Source: Ginkgo biloba (taxonomy: Eukaryota > Plantae > Ginkgophyta). From it: 20,512 bases of DNA. Under the pieces are notes generated by a model that was given only the letters and a program-made list of their open reading frames with translations, had not been told where the DNA came from and made no database searches. The number at the start of each line of letters is the position of its first letter. Positions within the stretch are counted from its first letter, which is position 1. The position numbers were made by a program, and so were the translations under genes. Positions 11,485 through 20,512 of this stretch are shown in pieces. The stretch is from NCBI GenBank assembly GCA_024626585.2, contig JANKJI020000004.1, positions 143,895,808 through 143,916,319 on the forward strand. The letters are read 5' to 3'.

Positions 11485-12899
11485 TTTGCAGTTCACAATT
11501 CAAAATGTTGGGCTAGTCACAACAAATAATGATTCCCAGATCTGGGAGTGTTCCCGATCTCATACTGTCCTGGCTATTGCTTCTCAACCATTTCTGCTCC
11601 CATCACATTGTAGTAGAATTGGTTGTGTCGAGCAATATGTAGAAGAAGACATAGAATTCTTACTAGACTAGACATGATGATGTTTCCTATTTTAGGATTG
11701 GTGGAGTTCTTAATGAGCGAGTGTTCAATTAGTGTGTTGCCTATGACTATTTTTTAATGAAATACAGATTGGGGGTCTTTAGATCATTTTATATAAAGAG
11801 AGATCGCTTGTGACTCTCGAGATAGCATCATGGGGTAGATTAGGAACAAAAATGCAATAATAGCGCCTCTCAGCACCTGTCATCTAGTTAGTTTCCCACA
11901 ATTAATAAAATGAGCTGCTTAACTATGTTTTTATGCAAGTCTTTGTTATCCTCGTCAGTTTCCAACAAGGTTTTCCAACCTCCCAAGTCCCTCCAACATT
12001 CAATTCCATTCAAATAAAACTTCCCACATTTTTTCTGCCAATCAAACAGTGTTTTCATTTGCAAAATACTCACGTTACCTTAAGGCACGATATTAAGCGG
12101 TTTTCCTCTACAACCACCCGCAAATCAACGACAGGCACAAAATCTAGCTAAAAAAATATTTAAAAATAAAAGTTAGACAATTAGGCCCAATCCCAATGAA
12201 TTATGAATCTATCCTAACTGCCTCAACCCAACCAATTCAATTGAATGGGAGTTATGAGGTGTCTTCTATCATAGAGTTATATTTATAGGTTGGGACTAGC
12301 CCAAAAACCTATAAATAGGGCCTGAATTAAACCACAAAGAAAGGAGGATTAGAATTAAATTTATATTATAAAATAATTGATACCTTATGTACATTATATT
12401 TTCCTTACCATCCATCACCAATTCCTTTTTTCTCTCCTCTTTCCATAATCTATGCATTCTTACCACTCCAAAGCCCATACAATTTTGACATTGGGATCCT
12501 TACCTTCTTGTAAGCTAGAATATTGATACAACCTACCACTCCTAAATTTAGATTTTCTTACTTCATCTTCTTTCCCTATACAATATAATAGAGACTTAGA
12601 TTAATGCTTGGAAGCATCAATAACTACCAGAGATGGATATCAACACTTCAAAGTGGAGTGATGCACCATTTTGTATCCTATTTACAAGTCACCAACAACC
12701 TTTATTCTATTTATTTTATTAAAATATGATNNNNNNNNNNNNNNNNNNNNNNNNNNNNNNNNNNNNNNNNNNNNNNNNNNNNNNNNNNNNNNNNNNNNNN
12801 NNNNNNNNNNNNNNNNNNNNNNNNNNNNNNTATCAATTTTTTGATCAATTTGATCTTATGTATCATAGGCCTATGTTAGCATCAAGATCCTCCATCAAA

Positions 12900-13214
12900 T
12901 ATTGATAGAAAATATCTAATTATGATCATGTGCTATCCGAAGAAAAATTTAGGATTGTTAAATCGAAAGAGATATCTATAAATTAATAGGACCATCATAG
13001 TATTTTGATTCTTCTGGGGGAAGAGATGGTAGATAGATCATCTGAATATTTGGGTTTGATACATTTGTATTTCTCTTAGTCTGACTTGAAATGGAATTTG
13101 ATCTATTATGGAGCTGTATGCACAAAAATGCCTGTACGATTGATTCATTTGATTTTCCTTTTTTGTTTTCAATTTCAAAATTTTCTAAAATAAAGGAAAT
13201 GATCATCTATTATT
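12900..13214 (+). other. Plastid-derived group II intron (clpP intron 2, 3' part incl. domain V) within a NUPT
   Basis: Domain V-like ggagctgtatgcacaaaaatgcctgtacgattg at ~13110-13142 (consensus GAGCCGTATG..GTACGGTT). The intron ends at ...tattatt|agggttatg, the known clpP intron 2/exon 3 junction. The left boundary is approximate. Confidence 0.8.
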
Positions 13215-13460
13215 AGGGTTATGATCCACCAACTTGTTATTTCTTATTATGAAGGACAAGCAGGAGAATGTATCATGGAAGCAGAAGAGGTATTGAAACT
13301 TCGCAATAGCATTATGAATGCTTATGTGCAAATAACAGGAAAACCTTTATGGGTCATTTCCAAGGACATGGAAAGAGATATTTGTATATCAGCGGTAAAC
13401 GCCCAAGCCTATGGCATTATTGATATTGTAGTGGTAGATAATATTGAAGATCCTTATTTT
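13215..13460 (+). pseudogene. clpP: Plastid clpP (ATP-dependent Clp protease proteolytic subunit) exon 3, nuclear pseudogene (NUPT)
   Basis: [72 protein letters not shown] matches plastid ClpP1 [60 protein letters not shown]. Exons 1-2 are absent, and substitutions hit conserved residues. Confidence 0.95.
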
Positions 13461-14549
13461 ATATATTTTGAACCTCTATGGGATTATGATTGTTCATTTT
13501 TTAAATAAAAATAATATTTTCAGTCCACTAGGATTCATTTTCCATCTTTTCACATCTCTTTTTCTCATTGAAGCTAATTTTTTATTTTTTCCACTATGAT
13601 GTCATAATTGGCCTGCCTCATAATTATTTTAAAAAAACATTAAAAAATGACATATAGGAGATTTTTATTATATATTTATACATCCTTTTACTATTTTTTA
13701 CCTATTATCCACCATGTGTTATATTTTTCCATGTTTTTTCTATGAGGTACAACTCTTCTTTAAGAACTTCCTATTATTTTATCTTTGACCCACTATAACT
13801 TGGAAATAAATTTATGTTAAGGAGGAGTACTTTAATGGATAAAAAACTAAAGAGAGAGACTACTCATGAGATATATTCCCTTATAATACAAATTCTATAT
13901 ATGGACATGTGACATAGTGAGATATAGAAGAAGACTAAATACTTGATGAGAAAACATGACTCTCTTCTATGGTAATAAGAGATCTCCTCATATGTGTTAC
14001 TTAAGATAGGAAAGACCAAGGATCATATAATGGCCTTATGCATTCATATAAAATAGAAAAAGAACCATCATCATATATTTGACCTTAGTAGATTCATGTC
14101 ACTATAGCCTATCATTCATCACCATAATTGTTAGTTGAGAATAATGTCCATGGCATTGATAATTTTCACAAGCCTATGCCTTGACTATCTGGTCCACCAT
14201 CATCATATGTAGTGAGAGGAATATAAAAGAACCATAGTGACTAGTAGAGATAAGAATTTATTTCAACATATATGGAGACTAAATTTTAATAAAAAACTAA
14301 GGGACCTAATTTCATTAAGGATCATTTGATTAGATATTATTTCTATCCATCCTTCAACCTAAGACTATATTTTTCTCATTTGGAGGACATGTATTAGGAA
14401 AGATTCCCTTCCCAATACTAGTTTTACTTCTCANNNNNNNNNNNNNNNNNNNNNNNNNNNNNNNNNNNNNNNNNNNNNNNNNNNNNNNNNNNNNNNNNNN
14501 NNNNNNNNNNNNNNNNNNNNNNNNNNNNNNNNNAATAACTCCTTTGTAA

Positions 14550-16455
14550 TGAATGGGAATTATCTTCCCAAAGTGAAAATTAAAATGTTTGATGAGGAAG
14601 ATTCGAGGATTTGGCTAATCCATCTTGAATAATATTTCATGTTTCACTAGGTACCTAATGAGAAAAAAGTGACATTGGCAACACTACAACTAGAAAATAA
14701 ATAGTTCTAACGGTACCCATAGGTTAGGCATACGAAGGTAGTGGGATTTCCATACCTATGGGAAAATTTTATAACAGACATCATAGCCCAGTATGATAAC
14801 ATTTGGGAGAAATATTATTTTATCCATCTCATCAAGATCAAACATAATGGCATACCAATTGATTATATGATATCATATAAAAAATTAGGAACATTAGTAG
14901 AAGAGCTAAGTGATAAAAATTTATTGGAACTCTATATTGGGGGCCTCAAAGAAGAGATTTAACATGATATATGAATCATTGACCCCTTATTTATGAACAT
15001 AGAAATAAAGTTATCCCATAATATTGAAGAAAATAATGGAGCTACTAGAAGATATATTTATTTCAAGGGAGAACAGGTAGATATAGGCGATGGACAAGAA
15101 TCATCAAATAGGAAAATAACACCTCCTCAGAGAATCACAACCAAGGAGTTCAAAGAGAAAAGGGCCAAAGGAATTTGTTTCAAATATGATAATAAATTTT
15201 CCAAGGGTCATACGTGTAATAAAAAATGATTTCTCATTATCGAGGACAAGAGTGAGTAGAAGGAGGAACTAGAGGATGAGGTACATCACTAAGAGGAAGA
15301 GGAAGATGATCCAACCACTGTCTTTATATTGTATTGGTTAGTAATCCTATGCCACAAACCTTGGGAATAGAAGGGTACATAAAGAAACATAAAGTATTGG
15401 TCCTAATATATTCAAGGGGAACACATAGATTCATAGATAGAAGAGTGGTAGAACACCTAATTTTTTTTCCCTTTCTAGGTAATAAATTTTTAGCATTTAT
15501 TACCAATGGAGGCTCCACCACTTGTGGGAGAAAATGTCACAAGTTACAAAATTAAAATCACTATGGGGGAATAAAAACTTTATGAAACCATGTATGCCAT
15601 CCCAATGGGAGGATTTGATGTAGTCCTTGGTGTCTAGTGGTTGAATATGTTGGGTACCTTTTTTATGAATTTAGAGGAACTCTTTATTAGTTTCAACATA
15701 TAAGGACAACAATACCAAATCAAAGGATTTATCTCACCACCTAATGAAATGATTAGTTCTCATAGGATGGATAAACTCATAAGGAAAGGAGTTAGTGGTT
15801 TGGTAGAAATATGTTATGTCATAAATTCTATAGAAGAGATAGATAATAGGAAACTAATCCTACATTAAGAACATAAAATTTCCATAGACATCCATTCTAG
15901 GTCCTTTAATTCCTACCAGTAAGTAAAGCAATATTTATACTAGAAAGGATTAAACTGGGACACTAAAAATTTTATAGTTGTAGGATAAGTATTTTAGAAG
16001 ATTAAGGGATAAATATTCCAATATATAGAGCTTGTCCAACCCCTACTTATTCCAAATAATAAATAGGAATAATTCCACATGGATTTCATCACCTAGTTAC
16101 CCAAATTTGAAGGGGAGAATACTATCCTAGTAATAGTTGATAGGTGGTCCAAACATGCTTACTCATGTAGGACATAATTAAATAACAAGGAAATAAAATG
16201 TTTAGAGGTAATTACCACATAGATACAGAGATGTTACACTAGCATAAGAAATAAGATGGTCCAATACATAAGAGAATAAGAATTCCAAGATATTGAGTGG
16301 GAATATTTGAGACTATAATTCTACAAATAGATTTGACTCAAATAGGAAGGAAATAATAAGTTAGCATCAATATTTTGTGGCCCATATAAAATTTTGACAT
16401 TGTAGCATCTATAAATAACAAAGCTTTTAGGGAAAATCTTTTTAAAGGGGAGGGA
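14550..16455 (+). mobile_element. Degenerate, internally deleted chromovirus-type Ty3/gypsy element (Reina/IFG-like): gag, protease, partial integrase, PPT
   Basis: Gag: LPKVKIKMFDEEDSRIWL..E*YF.FH*VP..KVTLA; LYIGGLKEEI; EKRAKGICFKYDNKFSKGHTC. Protease: PQTLGIEGYIKKHKVLVLIYSRGTHRFI (DSG>YSR); AIPMGGFDVVLGV*WL. Integrase: LVQPLLIP..MDFIT*LPK.EG..ILVIVDRWSKHA (~16030-16160) and WEYLRL*FYK*..NKLA..FCGPYKIL (GPY/F, ~16300-16396). PPT aaaggggaggga at 16444-16455. May extend 5' to ~13830. Confidence 0.9.
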
Positions 16456-16501
16456 TTTATAATAAACCCAACCCTTAATCCTACTTATCTAGTTATACTC
16501 A

Positions 16502-16522
16502 TCTCTCTCTCTCTCTCTCTCT
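16502..16522 (+). repeat. (TC)10 microsatellite, probably within the 3' LTR remnant
   Basis: Directly visible, ~50 bp after the PPT. Confidence 0.85.
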
Positions 16523-17221
16523 CCACTTATCTTCATTTCCTTATACTCTCTTGTATGGAATCACATGAAGCCACTTACCTTACATGCATCATATATCTTC
16601 TTATGTTCTCTATTATGTATACTCTCATGTAAATATTTTAGGATATATATGGAACATTGAGCATTATTATATTGGATGTTTCCACCTTCGAAATGGATGG
16701 ATAATAATAATTTTTCTTTTTGAATTATAAGCATTTATTGTGTTAAAGTTGATCAAGTTTATTACACTATCATAGGTAATTCCATTAGAATTTTTACTCC
16801 TCTTCATATCCCATTGGGTAAATTGATATTTAACAAAATTTATCCCAATCAATCNNNNNNNNNNNNNNNNNNNNNNNNNNNNNNNNNNNNNNNNNNNNNN
16901 NNNNNNNNNNNNNNNNNNNNNNNNNNNNNNNNNNNNNNNNNNNNNNNNNNNNNNCCTTTTAGATTTCTTGAAAAAAATTAATTTATTACCACTTAACACC
17001 TACTTCCTCCATTGTTGTTTTATCTTATTTTATAGACCCAACACCCTCCCACTATACTATTTTGAATCATATGGTATATGGTAGTGATTTAGCTCATCTA
17101 GATTTGTGAACAATGAGGTTGAAGAAGTTGTTACTTTATGTCGTCAATGGTGATGCAACAAGTTGTCCCTAACAATAGCTATACCTTCCCAATCATAAAA
17201 TAAGCATTTAGCTTTTTTTGT

Positions 17222-17913
17222 AAGTTTGTCACTACTATGGATGAGAAGGGCATCACTAATTCTTTAGATGTGTTGTTTGAAAATGTCATCAATCCAACCG
17301 ATGTCGATGTTGATAACATATCCTTGTGATGATTGAGATATCTAAATAAGGTCATTTGTAGGATGGTTTTAGAGTTCAACAGTAAATGTAGACCTACTAT
17401 TTAAGCAATTGTGAGTCTTATTAATTTCACCAAAGAACATGCCAAGGCTACCAAAAATAAATTGTCTTTTATATAGTCATTTATTAATGAATGGGTGTTG
17501 GAGATTAGAGAGATTGTTGATGCTTGTTCCACCGCAAGATGATGAATTCCAAAGGACCTATAAGAGACAACCACTCAATTAGAGAACTATATTATTTAGT
17601 TCGATTGCATTCTCTTTCACCACTAGGACCTTTAGGTTGAATTGGGTAATAGTGAAATGAGGAAGGTAGATCTCATGTAGTAGTTAGTGTGAGCCCATAA
17701 ATGATATCGCCATCCAAACTTTAAAATAGCTTATAGAATGCAAGAAGTTATTGAATTATATTTAAAGATTGTAAGGTCAAACTTCCAAAATTATTCTCAA
17801 ATATGACGCCTAGAGACTCACGTGCATGAGTTGGTTCAATTGTTTTAACGTAACAATTTGTCAGTTCCTTAAGACATACATATACCTTTTATAGGAAATT
17901 TAAGAGCTCCTTG
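17222..17913 (+). pseudogene. Decayed ~230-codon helical/coiled-coil ORF of unknown family, possibly a retrotransposon accessory 3' ORF
   Basis: A single frame reads protein-like (..NEWVLEIREIVDAC..ETTTQLENYI..RLETHVHELVQLF..). 13 of its 17 internal stops are TGA/TAG, as expected from CGA/CAG deamination. It is followed by the PPT-like tttgggggagag (~17938). Confidence 0.4.
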
Positions 17914-19428
17914 AAGGTGATTTTATAAATTCAAATTTTGGGGGAGAGCACCATGTTATTTTTTTATGATGGACATAATAGGTTTCTAATGATTTTATTA
18001 CATAGATGTGAGGTGGGATGGGCATTGTTCACCCAATACCATCATAGACTGGAACCATTAGATGAGGAAGATGACATAAGACGGTTTATTAACTTTTATT
18101 ATTTTAATAACAATTTTTGTAATAGATTGTTTTGAATTATAGTTTTTTGAAACAAGTTCTATTATTGGATGGAAAGTACTTGTAATTGATTTTATGGGGG
18201 ATAATGACAAATTATAGAAAATCATAATGGATAAAGTGTATAGTTGGTTTTAGGGAAAGGGATCACAAAATAATATCAAAAATAATAATGGGTTGGAGTA
18301 TATAAGTAATCTTGGGACAAGTTCATTACAATAGATTATAGTGGATTACAATACACTGTGGTAGTATGCAGCCAATTTTTGGGATATGATTGTAATATTT
18401 TGTATCTTATTATAAGTGACAACACTCAAGATAGCTTGAAGGGATATATGTTGATGGATTCTAAGGAATATATCTATGTATATATAGTATTGTGCAATCC
18501 AAATCATAGTGCGGATTGTGCTTTGCATCATAAGTAGTTGATTTGAGTTAAAATTTAGAATAATTATTATGTTTAATTATAGTTGATAATTGTAAATATT
18601 ATATAAATATCTTATTGTGCATTGTAATAACTATCTTACTATGCACTTTGAGGCTTCGAATTATGTGATAGGTAGTTTGGATTCTCTATTGTAGTGAATG
18701 GTGATTATTAATGTTTATTGCTTCTAGGTCAATTTGTGTTGATTTGAAAATGTTGTGTAAGATGGTTCATGTGCATAATATGCTTGATATAGATTACAGA
18801 TCATAGGTGATACATGGATTGCAAGGACCAAAACTAGTCAATAATGTATGCATGTATTCATATATGCATACATGAGTGCACATGCACATACATACACACT
18901 ATTATAAAACCATGCTCATAATTATAGCAACATTTATTAGAATATACTAATGTTTGCATATTATAATTAGGGTCATAAACCAATGTTGTGATACCTAAGT
19001 TGTTAATTAAGGGTCCATGTGTCATAGGGGTGAGTCGCCTTTAGGTTAGTCCATAGGTTGACACATGTTGGGAGTTACTAGACAAGTGGNNNNNNNNNNN
19101 NNNNNNNNNNNNNNNNNNNNNNNNNNNNNNNNNNNNNNNNNNNNNNNNNNNNNNNNNNNNNNNNNNNNNNNNNNNNNNNNNNNNNNNNNTTATTTTGGAT
19201 GGTGGGGCCCTTAAAAGGGTCAAAAATTTATCTAAACGACTAAATTAGCTAAAGCATAGTGCCCTTCGTAAGGTACAACTTAATTAATGTTGAAGGGATA
19301 TGAGTCTACATTATCAACCGACCTTAAGGAAGGTCATACATTTTCATAACCTATTAATAGAGGTACAACTCAACCTTTTGACATCATCTTTTTATCATCT
19401 TTCCTACTAACCCTACATCTCTTCTATT

Positions 19429-19841
19429 GATCGTACATATCTATTATAGATCGTACATCATTACTGCAGATCGTAAACCTCAGTAACATGTCATACACCC
19501 CTATCATAGGTTGTACACCTGTTGTCCTTGATCGAACATCATATATTACTATCACCTTTGATCATACAACACTTATTTATTTTATTATTAACCATACAAT
19601 AATTATTATTATTGCCCATGACGGTACAATAAAAAAATTGAGGGTTTTCTAATCTATACAACTACATTTATTACTAATACAATCGTACTTCTAATCCCTT
19701 CTACTATTTCTACCTGCACACATATCATTGAGTAGTACTGCAAGTTATATAACTACATTTATTTCTACTACAACTATAGTAATATACTATGTTGTATTGT
19801 AGACCGTACACTCATTATAGACCCTCTTGAGAGTTGTACAG
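19429..19841. repeat. Degenerate array of a GATCGTACA-like core spaced at ~20/30 bp
   Basis: Cores start at 19429, 19449, 19469, 19489, 19509, 19530, 19560, 19590, 19620, ~19652, 19681, 19802 and 19832. Confidence 0.75.
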
Positions 19842-20083
19842 TCTATCCTTTCTACTGTTGGCACAAGATTACAATTTTCCTAACCTCACAAGTGTTTTGG
19901 TATGGAGATTGAGAAGAATTGCAAAGAAAGGACAACGAGGGCACTGAAATCCTCAAGTACTAAAGGCCCTATAGTAAGGTATGATTCTAGTTATGGTTAT
20001 AATTAGTTATGTTTAATTAATATGAGAGTGATACTACTTCAATTAATTGACTCGATTTGTTAGACCTTTGATTTTTATTAATC

Positions 20084-20512
20084 TGTTGGGTGAAAGAACC
20101 GACAAATGTCAGAGTTGTTTTAGACTAACATCGACAAGAGTCTTTCCATCAAAAAATTTTAGAGTTGTCTCTGATCAACACCGATAGGAGTCTCAGTTCG
20201 ACACCAACAAAGAGCCTAACATCAACCATCGACAGCGACAAAGAACCTCCACTAACAGGAATCTCTAGCAATGTATGTATATTGTAATCTCTGCAATGAT
20301 TATAGTGCCATGTATAAATAGCAGATATCTGACAGGATGTGAATGCAACTAAATCTATAATTAATGCAAGAACTGAAAACAAAATAAAAATTATTTCCTA
20401 AATCCAATTACAAACTCAGATAAAACTTGAAGAGAGATGGTTTGCTCAGGGTTCTCTTGTGCAAAGAGAGAGTAGCAACAACTGAAGATGTCTAGCAAGG
20501 ATGTAGAACAGT
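20084..20512 (-). mobile_element. Terminus of a younger LTR retrotransposon LTR (runs off the window)
   Basis: Abrupt start TGTTGGG (= ...CCCAACA-3' on the minus strand), the canonical LTR end. Composition shifts, with CpG/CAG retained. Internal 33-bp degenerate duplication at 20111-20143 / 20161-20193. No PBS follows on the minus strand. Confidence 0.6.

Noticed and set aside
11120-12040. TCCCACA motifs resembling the snRNA/telomerase RNA USE; TGATGA box C at ~11675
   Set aside because: None is a full RTCCCACATCG with a correctly spaced TATA; no box D partner or recognisable snRNA/7SL body.
16667-16999. 110-aa minus-strand ORF
   Set aside because: It spans a gap, has N/I/K-biased AT-rich composition and no recognisable motif.
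18844-18900. 13-bp hairpin within an alternating purine-pyrimidine tract
   Set aside because: Low-complexity (AT/GC/AC) repeats are self-complementary by construction.

Overview
AT-rich (mostly) plant nuclear DNA from a gappy scaffold (many ~100-N gaps), almost entirely made of old, CG/CHG-deaminated transposon debris. It contains: (1) two copies of one Ty3/gypsy family (RNase H motif IDHPIYF), at 1-~1250 (+) and ~7500-9950 (-); (2) a decayed L1-type LINE (DUF4283 + zinc knuckle, ~5420-7060); (3) an internally deleted chromovirus-type (Reina/IFG-like) gypsy element (~14550-16460); (4) a nuclear plastid insertion carrying the 3' end of clpP intron 2 plus exon 3 (~12900-13540); (5) a decayed unknown coiled-coil ORF with PPT/LTR-like flanks; (6) a ~10-bp-phased motif array; (7) the edge of a younger LTR at 20084. 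No intact protein-coding gene is present. The least explained part is a ~1.8-kb island (~10380-12150) that has no TE homology I can recognise and has kept its CG/CHG sites. It holds duplicated AuxRE-like motifs, a TATA box, a G-U-rich + strand hairpin, palindromes and splice-like signals, so it is a candidate regulatory or non-coding RNA locus. The non-angiosperm ClpP sequence, the retained clpP intron 2 and the TE types suggest a Ginkgo- or cycad-like host (inference). I found no evidence of a novel enzymatic system. All homology calls come from recalled family consensus, not from database searches.
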